From a bacterium (GTDB lineage: Bacteria; Actinomycetota; Acidimicrobiia; Spongiisociales; ZC4RG35), in the NCBI GenBank assembly GCA_028819345.1, contig JAPPLW010000004.1:3530-67529 (forward strand): a DNA stretch of 64,000 nucleotides, written 5' to 3'. The position numbers were made by a program, and so were the translations under genes. Below, piece by piece: positions 17,880 to 26,321 of this stretch. The notes under the pieces are model-generated. The model was not told the DNA's origin. It worked only from the letters and a program-made list of their open reading frames with translations, and made no database searches. The first letter of the stretch is position 1, and every line of letters starts with the position of its first letter.

Positions 17880-18476
17880 CTACCCGGAGAAGAACCTCGG
17901 CAGGGTGCGTTCCACCTTTTCCAGGAATCTCGCCCGCTTGCGAGGCGAGTCCTTGTTCATGTTGTTCAGATCCAGCCACTTGGTGCGGGCGCCCCGGGCG
18001 AACATGACTCGGTGGCCCCGCTTCAGGACTTTCCTGGCGGGGTTGCCCACCGCCTTCACGTACCACCAGGGTGATCCGGTGGTGGTAACGGCCGCCACTC
18101 TGCGGATGCCCAGTATCCCGGGGATGATGGGGCCTCCCTCTTCTCTGAGCCCGAATGCCACGCCGGGGATCCACACCCGCTGGAGCCATCCGGTGAGGAT
18201 GGCCGGGAACCCGAAACTCCAGGTGGGGAAGACCAGGAGGAGGCCCTCGGCAGCGCGAAGTTGTTCCACGTAGGGTCGGACGTTGGCGACGTTGAGTTCC
18301 AGGTCGTGGTAGTCGATCCGCTCCTGGGCGGATAGCGCCGGGTCGAACTCCTCGGCGTAGAGATCGAGGAGATCGATGTCGTGCCCCGCGGATTGCAGTG
18401 CGCTCACCGCCCGGTCCTTGAGGGCCGCCGAGTAGCTGTCGGCCAGAGGATGGGCCCACACCACCAGAATTCTCAT
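17880..18476 (-). CDS. NAD(P)H dehydrogenase (quinone) / flavodoxin-like-fold FMN reductase
   Basis: MRILVVWAHPLADSYSAAL, LLVFPTWSFGFPAILTGWL and the ~198 aa length fit the NQO1/KefF-like flavodoxin_2 family. Confidence 0.8.
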   Translation of the reverse strand: MRILVVWAHPLADSYSAALKDRAVSALQSAGHDIDLLDLYAEEFDPALSAQERIDYHDLELNVANVRPYVEQLRAAEGLLLVFPTWSFGFPAILTGWLQRVWIPGVAFGLREEGGPIIPGILGIRRVAAVTTTGSPWWYVKAVGNPARKVLKRGHRVMFARGARTKWLDLNNMNKDSPRKRARFLEKVERTLPRFFSG

Positions 18477-18537
18477 CAGTCGCTCCTTGTGCCTGAGTGG
18501 CCGCTGATCACTGACATGCTATTCCCCTGACGGCCGT

Positions 18538-19884
18538 TCAGTCGGGTCGGGTCACACACAGGCCGTGGCCCAATGAATCGGGATCCACCTCTCCGTTGTC
18601 GAAGACCACGCTCCCGCGGCTGACCGTCGTCACCGGCCATCCCCGTAGCTCCATCCCCTCATAGATGCAAGTCCCGTTGCCGGTGTGGCGGACCGTGTCC
18701 ACCTGGTCGGGATCGACCAGCACCAGGTCGGCGTCGGCGCCGGGGATCATCGCCCCCTTGCGGGGGTAGAGGCCGAAGCGGCGCGCCGGCCCGTATGAAT
18801 TCATCCTGACCAGGTCGGAAAGGGAGAGTCCCCGGCGATGCACGCCGTGCTCCATGAGCAGGGCGAGCTCCCACGGAAAAGAGACGATTCCGGGCTTCTC
18901 CTCCCACAAGTCCTCGCCCTTCTTGGGGAAGAAGGGAACATGGTCGGATCCGATCGAGCCCACCTGGCCGGCCAGCATCCCCTCCCAGAGGCCCTCCTGC
19001 TGCTCAGCGTCCCGCAGGGGAGGAGAGATCTTGGCCCGCATGTCCAGGTCGGGGTCGTAGGCGGTGCGCACCAGATAGTGGGGACAGGTCTCGATGGTGA
19101 CGTCCACTCCCCGGGCGCGAGCCTGGGCAGCCAGTCTGGGTCCGGCCGCCACGCTGGTGTGCACCACGTACAGGGGACATCCGGTGAGTTCGGCCAGAAA
19201 GATCATCCGGGCGATGGTCTCCTCCTCGCAGAATGCGGGCCGGGACTCTGAGTAGGCGCCGAGGTCCTGGCGCCCGGTGGCCTGGATCGATCTCTTTATC
19301 CACCGGGCGATCTCGGTGTTCTCGCAGTGAACGGAGATCACTCCCTTGGGGAGACGGCGGATCTTGGTCATGGCGGTGTACACCCAGCCGTCGTTGGCGG
19401 GCACTATTCCGATCGGGTTCTCCTGTTCGTATCCGAAGTAGCACTTGAAGGACTGCACCCCGGTCTCGGTGGCGATGCGGGGGATCTCGGCGATATGCTC
19501 GGGGCGCTGGATACCGAAGTGGAACCCGAAGTCGATGCGGGCCACCGCCTCTCCCCGTCGCCGGCGGTCCCGGTAGAAGGGTATGTATGAGGGCTCGAGG
19601 TTCCTTATGTACAGGAGGACGGTGGTGATGCCACCCCGGGCGGCCGCCGCGGTCTCGGTGTCCATGTCCTGGTCGTAGGGATAGTTCACTCCCAGGTGGC
19701 AATGGGGGTCGATCACCCCCGGCATGAGCGCCAGCCCGTCGGCGTCGATCATCCTCCGACCGCGCGGCAACTCCCCGTTCTTGCCGACGGCCGAGATCTT
19801 CTCTCCCATGATGGACACCCCTCCATGGAACTCTCCGTTGTGAGTCACCACTCGGGCGTTGCGGATCACCAGGTCAGCCTTCAT
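18538..19884 (-). CDS. dihydropyrimidinase / D-hydantoinase-type cyclic amidohydrolase
   Basis: ORF 18538..19929; ATG 19884 (MKADLVIRNARVV) overlaps the upstream stop (ATGA). Contains GVIDPHCHLG (HxH), VQSFKCYFGY (carboxylated-Lys region), ISVHCEN, LYVVHTS and GSDHVP. Confidence 0.85.
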   Translation of the reverse strand: MKADLVIRNARVVTHNGEFHGGVSIMGEKISAVGKNGELPRGRRMIDADGLALMPGVIDPHCHLGVNYPYDQDMDTETAAAARGGITTVLLYIRNLEPSYIPFYRDRRRRGEAVARIDFGFHFGIQRPEHIAEIPRIATETGVQSFKCYFGYEQENPIGIVPANDGWVYTAMTKIRRLPKGVISVHCENTEIARWIKRSIQATGRQDLGAYSESRPAFCEEETIARMIFLAELTGCPLYVVHTSVAAGPRLAAQARARGVDVTIETCPHYLVRTAYDPDLDMRAKISPPLRDAEQQEGLWEGMLAGQVGSIGSDHVPFFPKKGEDLWEEKPGIVSFPWELALLMEHGVHRRGLSLSDLVRMNSYGPARRFGLYPRKGAMIPGADADLVLVDPDQVDTVRHTGNGTCIYEGMELRGWPVTTVSRGSVVFDNGEVDPDSLGHGLCVTRPD

Positions 19885-20780
19885 GCCACTCCTTCTATTC
19901 GTTCGATCCTCTTGCGTATCCCGTCCCACTGCGAGGCGCCCGCCGTAACCGGCGCACGGGCGCCCAGGCCCCTGGCCCAGGAGGTTATGTGCCCCAACTC
20001 GGCGGCTCTGTCCAGGTCCACGCCTCCCGGCGGCGCCGCCAGGTCCATGACCAGGCTCCCGGAGGGCAGGGCATCCAGCACATCCTTTTCCACAACCGGG
20101 ACGGGGACCGTGGAGAGGAGCATGTCAAGGCGGTGAGCATGCTGCGGAAGCTGATCCAGGGGCACCGCTTCGGCGCCGGTCACCTCAGCCTCCGCCCGCT
20201 GGACGGGGTTGCGGGCCGCCACCAGGACCTCGGCGCCCAGGAGCACCAGGGTGCGGGTGAGGAGGGATCCGACGGTCCCCTGGCCGACCACTCCTATCGT
20301 CGAGCCGTGGATAGTGATCTCGGTCAACTCGATGATTCTCTGCAGGGCGCCCTCCACGATGGTGGGGCCGCGGCGCAGCATCAACTCCCGGTCCTGCTCG
20401 TACTCCACGATGCCCACTCCGGCCGCCTGGGCCTCCGCCCGGAGGCGGTGATCGGCGGTCCCCAGTATGAGGTGAGCACCGGCAGCCATCCTTCCCAGCA
20501 CTTCCCGGCCGATCACGATGGGTCCGGGGGCATGGGGTGCGTAGAGAGATCCGTCCTCCGCCATTCCGGGGATGGGCAGCAGACCGTAATGGGCGTCCCG
20601 CAACACCTCGTCGGGGTCTCGGCACGGCGTCACTCCGGCGATCCCCTGCGCGGGCCAGGGAAACCCGTAGGCGCGCACCGCCGCTCCGGTGATCGCGGCC
20701 TGACGGGCTATCTCCCGCTCGCGGTGGTCGCCTCCCACCACGGCGATCACCCTTTCGCTCCAGGGAACTGTCACCTCCAC
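19881..20780 (-). CDS. dipicolinate-synthase-subunit-A-like (DpaA/SpoVFA family) NAD(P)-binding dehydrogenase
   Basis: VIAVVGGDHRE..., GPTIVEGALQRIIELTEITIHGSTIGVVGQGTVGSLLTRTLVLLGAEVLVAARN, LVMDLAAPPGGVD and GLGARAPVTAG parallel the B. subtilis SpoVFA pattern as I remember it. No DpaB-type flavoprotein gene is adjacent. Confidence 0.65.
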   Translation of the reverse strand: MEVTVPWSERVIAVVGGDHREREIARQAAITGAAVRAYGFPWPAQGIAGVTPCRDPDEVLRDAHYGLLPIPGMAEDGSLYAPHAPGPIVIGREVLGRMAAGAHLILGTADHRLRAEAQAAGVGIVEYEQDRELMLRRGPTIVEGALQRIIELTEITIHGSTIGVVGQGTVGSLLTRTLVLLGAEVLVAARNPVQRAEAEVTGAEAVPLDQLPQHAHRLDMLLSTVPVPVVEKDVLDALPSGSLVMDLAAPPGGVDLDRAAELGHITSWARGLGARAPVTAGASQWDGIRKRIERIEGVA

Positions 20781-20783
20781 CTC

Positions 20784-22454
20784 TTACCAGTATTCCTCGT
20801 AGTGGACGTTTGCCTTCACCCCCTGCTGGGGAAGCGTAAACCCTCGCTCGGCCAGGAGTTCGGCTACTCCGAGCGTCTCCCCGAAGACCGGTCGGCCGTC
20901 CACCCATTCAGGCACCCCGATCATCGCCGGGTTGCCGCACATGAAAACCTGCAGGCGGGAGGGGTCGAGTTCCAATCCGGTTTCCGCGGTCAGAAGGTCA
21001 TCTCCGATGAGTTGCTGGATGCGCATCCTCAGAGCGCCATGGGCGTCCTGGCGGGTGACCAGGGGGAGGTAGCGATAGTTGGGAAAGCGTTCTTCCAGGG
21101 CCCGGTGGCGAGCCACGTATCCCAGGTCCGCGGCGTAACGGCACGACACGACCGACACCACCCGTCCCTGATGTCCCTTTCGAAACAGCTCCACCACCAT
21201 GGCGTTGTGGGGCGCCTCCCCTGTCCCGGTGGCCAGGAAGAGCACATCGGAGAAGGGATCGGTCACCGTGGAAAGGGTGTAGCGGCCGGCCATCCGGGGA
21301 CCGAGGTAAATCCGGTCCCCCTCGTGCTTGAGGGCCAGTCGCGGCGTCAGGGCCGGCAGGCGGTCGACAGTGGGAGGGACCAACACGACGTAGAACTCAA
21401 GGGACCCTTCGTATGCGGGATCGGTGAGGTACCCTCGGGCGTCGAAGATCCGGGATGAGATGGAGTAGGACCTTCTCACCAGCCGCTCCGCCCCTGCCAG
21501 GCGGTCCTCGGCCCCGTCCGCTCTCGGCTCCCAATAGCCCAGGCCGAGAGTGGCGTACTGTCCCGGCACCAGGGGCGAGTCGCGCTGGTCGGGCCGTACC
21601 CTGACTATCCACAGGTCGGGGTTTATCCGGCGGAACCAGGTGATTGTGGCGTTGTAGTAACGACTCTCCAGGTCGAAGAGGTGCCCGGCCTGGACCGTGG
21701 TGACGGACGGGGCGGCAGGCGGCAGGGAAGGAAAGTGCCGGGACCGCATTCTCTCCCAGGCTTGATCGGCAGGAACGGTGACCACTCCCTCCAGATGCTC
21801 TTCGGCGCCCTGTTGGTGGAGGAGCAGGTGAATGGGGAGAGCGCCCTTCTCCACCTCTATGCCTGAATGGTCGAGCACCTGAGAAGCCGATGAGTCGGGT
21901 TCCGAGAGGAGAACGTTGTCGAATTGGAGGTCCGGCGTTTGACGACTGTCGAAGGCCACCATCGGGTAGCTATGCAGGTCATAGACCCGGGTGGGCCGGG
22001 CCCTCCAGAAGACCGTGATCTGGCGTTGGGCCTCCAGGCGCCGGACCATTCGTCTGGCCAGAAAGGACATCTTTCCGAACTCGGTGTGATGAATGCACAG
22101 GACCACCTTGGCTCCCTGCGCCAGAAGTTCGAAGGTCCACTCCACCGGTTCGTCGCCTTCGCCTATCACAACCACGTCTCCGGGAGGCCCCTCTATCTGG
22201 TCGGGATGCGTGTGGGCCCGGTGAGCGACCGAGGGATCTACCGAGATTCGGGGAGAACGCTGCTTGAGCGGGGGATAGGACAATCCCAACACCACTGACC
22301 GAGCGGCGACCGGGCCGGTGGAGGTCTCCACTACCAGCAGGGGTCCCGGAGCCTGCCGAACCCTGCGGGCGACAGTGTCGTAGCGCACCGTTACCCCCGG
22401 CGCCTCGAAGCGACTGGGGTAAACCTGGGGATCGGAAGGGGAGAGCACCAGCAC
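20784..22454 (-). CDS. fusion: degenerate two-dinucleotide-binding (thioredoxin-reductase-like) N-domain + plant-type ferredoxin-NADP reductase (FNR/Fpr) C-domain
   Basis: C-terminal half has RRSYSISS (FAD RxYS), VLFLATGTGEAPHNAMV, VFMCGNPAMI and the terminal HYEEYW. N-half has VVVIGEGDEPVEW. The reading frame stays open upstream to ~22616 and encodes WEIVVIGDRLAGLSLA, but no ATG/GTG/TTG occurs there, so the true 5' end is uncertain. Confidence 0.7.
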   Translation of the reverse strand: MLVLSPSDPQVYPSRFEAPGVTVRYDTVARRVRQAPGPLLVVETSTGPVAARSVVLGLSYPPLKQRSPRISVDPSVAHRAHTHPDQIEGPPGDVVVIGEGDEPVEWTFELLAQGAKVVLCIHHTEFGKMSFLARRMVRRLEAQRQITVFWRARPTRVYDLHSYPMVAFDSRQTPDLQFDNVLLSEPDSSASQVLDHSGIEVEKGALPIHLLLHQQGAEEHLEGVVTVPADQAWERMRSRHFPSLPPAAPSVTTVQAGHLFDLESRYYNATITWFRRINPDLWIVRVRPDQRDSPLVPGQYATLGLGYWEPRADGAEDRLAGAERLVRRSYSISSRIFDARGYLTDPAYEGSLEFYVVLVPPTVDRLPALTPRLALKHEGDRIYLGPRMAGRYTLSTVTDPFSDVLFLATGTGEAPHNAMVVELFRKGHQGRVVSVVSCRYAADLGYVARHRALEERFPNYRYLPLVTRQDAHGALRMRIQQLIGDDLLTAETGLELDPSRLQVFMCGNPAMIGVPEWVDGRPVFGETLGVAELLAERGFTLPQQGVKANVHYEEYW

Positions 22455-22655
22455 CCGTTCCAGGCCGCCGGCGGCGGCTTCCGACGCCAGGGACAGGCCG
22501 GCCAGCCGGTCACCTATGACTACGATCTCCCAGACGAAGGAGGGCTGCGGGGTGTCGGGCGTGTCTGTTGGGACGATGCTGTAAAGGCTATCGGGATCCG
22601 CTGTAAGGTGTTCGGCCTAAATTTAGGTGCGAAGGCCCGAAAAAGGAGCAGTGTC

Positions 22656-22850
22656 GTGCCGGTCGTCACCGTGGAGATGTGGGAAGGAAGGACCGTCGAG
22701 CAGAAGCGTCGGCTGGTCAAGGCCATTACCGAGGCAATGGTGGAACACGCCGATGCCCGACCCGACGCCCTGCATGTGATCATCCACGACGTTCCACGGG
22801 AGAGTTGGGGATTGGCCGGGGTTCTCGGTCCGGACCGCACCGACGTATGA
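22656..22850 (+). CDS. 4-oxalocrotonate tautomerase family protein
   Basis: ORF 22608..22850. GTG 22656 lies 7 nt after AAGGAG and gives (M)PVVTVEMWEGRTVEQKRRLVKAITEAMVEH, the Pro-1 tautomerase signature at ~64 aa. Confidence 0.75.
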   Translation: MPVVTVEMWEGRTVEQKRRLVKAITEAMVEHADARPDALHVIIHDVPRESWGLAGVLGPDRTDV

Positions 22851-23842
22851 GCGTTGCGGTCGGCCTGGACGCGCTTGCCCCCGATTCGGCGGCGCTCCTG
22901 GTCATCGACATGCAGAACGCCTTCTGCCACCCGGAGGGCACCCTGGGAGAGTCAGGGGTGGACGTGGGTCCGGTCCAAGAGGTCTATGAACCCATAGGCG
23001 GCCTGGTCGAGGCGTTCAGAGGATCCGGGATCCCGGTCATCTGGACTGTCCAAGAACATCTTCAACCGGACCGGAGCCGCCAACAGAAACGCCTGCCATC
23101 CCACACCGAGCGTCGTTCGAGGGTGGCGGCCCTGGCCGGCACCTGGGACGCGGAGATCGTTGAGGAATTGGCCGGATGGGCGGATGAACCGACCATGGTG
23201 GTGCGCAAGCACCGGTTCGGGGCGTTTTACGAGACGCGTCTTCAAACGCTGCTGGGGATGCTGGGGGTGCGAACCCTGTTCATCGCGGGGGTTACTCTCA
23301 ACGCCTGCGTCGAGACCACCATACGGGAGGCCTACCTGCGGGACTATGACGTGGTGGCGGTCACCGACTGCATCGCCGGAGTGCGGCCGCAATGGGAGCC
23401 CTCGGCCCTGGAGGTCTGGGCACAGTACCTGGCTCACCTGGCTACCTCCCGGGAGGTGACCGACTGGCTGGCCGAGAGCCGCCGGCCCGTGGTCAGGGGG
23501 ATCCGGCACGTGTTGTTGGAGACCACCGACCTGGACGCCGCGGAGCGCTTCTACGTGGACCTCCTGGGATTCAAGGTGAGGAACCGCACTCCGTTCCGCG
23601 ACGGCAGAAGATTCATCAGCACCGAGGAGGGCCTGGGACTGACCGAGGGGGGCGCAGGCAAGGGTGGACAGGTGGATCACATCGCCTTCGAGGTTGACGG
23701 CGTTGCGGAGTGGGAGCGGGTGGTAGCCGACGCCGGGCACCCGATCGTCCGTCCGCTCGGCCCCGGGCCCTACGGCCTAACCGTGTACGTGGCAGACCCT
23801 GACGGCAACGAGATCGAACTCTACGAGACGGAGGGTCCGTGA
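22847..23842 (+). CDS. fusion: isochorismatase-family cysteine hydrolase (RutB / N-carbamoylsarcosine-amidase-like) + VOC (glyoxalase/dioxygenase-fold) domain
   Basis: ORF 22679..23842; ATG 22847 overlaps the tautomerase stop (ATGA). LLVIDMQNAF (Asp), VVRKHRFGAF (Lys) and IAGVTLNACVETT (Cys) form the triad. The C-terminal IRHVLLETTDLDAAERFYVDLLGF...VDHIAFEV...DPDGNEIELYE is VOC fold. Confidence 0.8.
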   Translation: MSVAVGLDALAPDSAALLVIDMQNAFCHPEGTLGESGVDVGPVQEVYEPIGGLVEAFRGSGIPVIWTVQEHLQPDRSRQQKRLPSHTERRSRVAALAGTWDAEIVEELAGWADEPTMVVRKHRFGAFYETRLQTLLGMLGVRTLFIAGVTLNACVETTIREAYLRDYDVVAVTDCIAGVRPQWEPSALEVWAQYLAHLATSREVTDWLAESRRPVVRGIRHVLLETTDLDAAERFYVDLLGFKVRNRTPFRDGRRFISTEEGLGLTEGGAGKGGQVDHIAFEVDGVAEWERVVADAGHPIVRPLGPGPYGLTVYVADPDGNEIELYETEGP

Positions 23843-25029
23843 AGATAACCGCTGCCACCGTGTACATAGTGGCGCTGCCCACTCGACGCCACCACTCGTG
23901 GGCCTCCAAGATGACCGCTCCGATCGGTCGTCATGCCATCCTCCGGCTGCGGACCGACGAGGGACTTGAGGGATGGGGGGAGGCGCCCGCCGGCATCACC
24001 TGGGGCGGGTCGGCGATGCGGTACTACGGCGAGTCGCCCGAGACGGTGCGGATCGTGGCCCTCGACTACCTGCTTCCGGCCGTGGGGGGCTGCGACCCGC
24101 GTGAGATCGCGGTGGTCCACGCCCGGATGGACAGAGCCGTGAAGGGCCACCCCTATGCAAAGGCGATGATCGACATGGCCAGCCACGACCTGGCAGGACG
24201 GGCCATGGGCGTGGGAGTCTCAACCCTCCTCGGGGGATCTCACCGTCGAGGGATAGAGTTGGCCCACTCATTGGGGATAATGCCGATTGAACGCTGCCTG
24301 GAGGAGGCGGAGCAGGCGGTTTCGGAGGGCGCCCTCACCATCAAGTGCAAGACCGGCCTGGACCCCTTCCGGGATGTGGAGTTGGTGCGTCGCCTGCGGG
24401 AGTTGGTGGGCCCCGGGATCAAGATCAGGGTTGACGGCAACGAGGGGTATTCCCATGTCGCCGAGGCGGTGAGGGTAACCCGCGCCCAGGAGGAATATGA
24501 CATCATGCTGTGCGAGCAACCGGTGGCCGGCGCTGAGGGCCTGGCGGCGGTGGCCCAAAGGATCGAGGCGCCGGTGATGGCCGATGAGTCGGCTTGGACC
24601 GTCGAGGACATCTGGGAGTTGGCCGACTTGGGCGCTGCCGACTACATCTCGTGCTACGTCACCAAGCCGGGAGGGCTGTTCCGCGCCCGCCAGCAGGCCG
24701 AGACCGCCCGTCGCCTGGGGATGCTGTGCGACATAGGAGGCTCGATTGAGACCGGGATCGGCAACGCCGCAAACCTGGCTCTGGGAGCGGCGGTGGAGAA
24801 CGCCTCCCTTCCCAGCGTTTGTCCGGTATCCGGCCCGGAGGGCAGTGCCCGCCCGGAGATAGCGGGCATCTACTACACCGACGACTTGATCTCAGCCCCC
24901 TTCCGTTTCGAGGACGGTCGGGTGTCGGTCCCCGAAGGTCCGGGGCTGGGGGTGGAAGTCGAAGTGGCCAAGGTGGAGAAGTACTCGGTGGCGGAGGCGG
25001 TCAGCCTCGACCTGGGTGAGGATGGGTGA
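23839..25029 (+). CDS. mandelate racemase / muconate lactonizing enzyme (enolase superfamily) protein
   Basis: LRLRTDEGLEGWGEAP, KCKTG, IRVDGNEGY, LCEQPV, ADES and CDIGGSIETGIG match the MR/MLE capping and barrel motifs. The GTG start overlaps the upstream stop (GTGA). Confidence 0.85.
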   Translation: MKITAATVYIVALPTRRHHSWASKMTAPIGRHAILRLRTDEGLEGWGEAPAGITWGGSAMRYYGESPETVRIVALDYLLPAVGGCDPREIAVVHARMDRAVKGHPYAKAMIDMASHDLAGRAMGVGVSTLLGGSHRRGIELAHSLGIMPIERCLEEAEQAVSEGALTIKCKTGLDPFRDVELVRRLRELVGPGIKIRVDGNEGYSHVAEAVRVTRAQEEYDIMLCEQPVAGAEGLAAVAQRIEAPVMADESAWTVEDIWELADLGAADYISCYVTKPGGLFRARQQAETARRLGMLCDIGGSIETGIGNAANLALGAAVENASLPSVCPVSGPEGSARPEIAGIYYTDDLISAPFRFEDGRVSVPEGPGLGVEVEVAKVEKYSVAEAVSLDLGEDG

Positions 25030-25038
25030 GAGAGGTCC

Positions 25039-26148
25039 ATGACCCGGGTAGTCGTTATGGGGGGCGGAGCGGGAGGCATGGCGGCGACAGTCGACCTGAC
25101 CCTGCGGGGATTCGATGTGGTCTGGTGGCGACGCACCGTCCCGAAAGAGCCGCCCACCGGGTTCCGGCTTGCCTACCGGGGCGTGTGCGGGGACGGTGCG
25201 ATGCCCGTGACATGCACCGACGATCTGGCCCCGAGCCTTGCCGGAGCGGGAGGCGTGCTCGTGTGCCTGCCATCCACCGCCCATCGGCACATAGCCCGAC
25301 TCCTGGCCGAGGCCGGTTGTACGGCGCCGGTGGTGCTGGCCCCCGGCCACCTGGGCGGCGCCCTGGAGGTGGCCAAGGTGTGGCGCGACGCCGGGATGGA
25401 AGGCGTGCCTCCTCTGGCGGAGTGTTCCACGCTTCCCTACACGGTGCGGGCCTTCCCGGTGGACGCTGACGCAGGTGGGGACGGCCGGGCAGCGCAATGG
25501 GGAGTGAACATCACGGGTGCCGCCGCCCGGGTGCCGGTTGCCTGCCTCCCCGGGGGCGAGGCGGCTCTCCGGTTGGCCGGGCGGCTTTACCCCGGAGCCG
25601 TCACCCTGCCCGATGTCCTGGCGGTGGGACTGGCGGAGGTCAATATGGTTCTCCACCCTCCCGGAGCGGTTCTGGGAGCGGCCTGGGTAGAGGCCACGGG
25701 CGGGGACTTCCGCTTCTACGTGGACGGTATGACCCGGGGAGTGGCCTCGGTGATGGGGCGCCTTGACTCTGAGCGCCTGGCGGTGGCCGAGGCCTTCGGA
25801 TACCGCCTGGGGTCTCTGATGGAGGAGATGTCGGCGATCGGCACGGTGGAACCGGACGCCGACCTGGGGGACATACAGAGCGCCATTTCCAGTGGGAGCG
25901 CCAACGCCCGGATAATGGCGCCTGACTCTCTGGGCCACCGGTACTACACCGAGGACTTCGGGTATGGACTGTTGCCTCTGGTGGAGTTGGCCAAGGTGGC
26001 GGGGGTGGCTACCCCGGTGGCTCAAGCGCTGCTCAATCTGGCCTCAGCGGCAGGCTTGGAAGAGGCGATAGCCGGAGGCCGCACCCTGGAGCGGCTGGAC
26101 CTGGAGGGTCTCTCGACCGACGAGATCATCGCCCGGATCCGGCCATAG
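25039..26148 (+). CDS. NAD/NADP octopine/nopaline (opine) dehydrogenase family protein
   Basis: N-terminal VVVMGGGAGGMAATVDL Rossmann segment and C-terminal YYTEDFGYGLLPLVELAKVAGVATPVAQALLNLAS are typical of the Octopine_DH helical domain. Confidence 0.75.
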   Translation: MTRVVVMGGGAGGMAATVDLTLRGFDVVWWRRTVPKEPPTGFRLAYRGVCGDGAMPVTCTDDLAPSLAGAGGVLVCLPSTAHRHIARLLAEAGCTAPVVLAPGHLGGALEVAKVWRDAGMEGVPPLAECSTLPYTVRAFPVDADAGGDGRAAQWGVNITGAAARVPVACLPGGEAALRLAGRLYPGAVTLPDVLAVGLAEVNMVLHPPGAVLGAAWVEATGGDFRFYVDGMTRGVASVMGRLDSERLAVAEAFGYRLGSLMEEMSAIGTVEPDADLGDIQSAISSGSANARIMAPDSLGHRYYTEDFGYGLLPLVELAKVAGVATPVAQALLNLASAAGLEEAIAGGRTLERLDLEGLSTDEIIARIRP

Positions 26149-26321
26149 CCGCGACGACGCCCGTCCGCCGAAGCCTGCCTCGCTCTGGGACCTGACCCTC
26201 CAGCCCTGGAATCGGTCGGAGGTTTCGTCCCCGTTCGGGTTGCGGGCAGGGACTAGTTGGCGATCATCCTATGTGATCCCTTCCAGAGTCGCTCAGGGGG
26301 CCCAGTGCAAGATCCCGCCTA

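Noticed and set aside
22520-22930. 136-aa minus-strand ORF upstream of the FNR fusion, considered as its possible missing N-terminus
   Set aside because: It is in a different frame from the Rossmann-like segment and antisense to the 4-OT gene. The translation has no motifs.
24892-26025. 377-aa minus-strand ORF opposite the opine dehydrogenase / MR-MLE genes. The same applies to similar antisense ORFs: 14171..15241, 16535..17365, 19989..21458, 27411..28649, 29254..30801, 34221..35432, 42260..43321, 43691..44818, 54233..55807, 56363..57895 and 60905..62905.
   Set aside because: Each is antisense to a gene with strong family motifs. Their translations are low-complexity R/G/P/H-rich with no motifs, which is the expected artefact at this G+C content.
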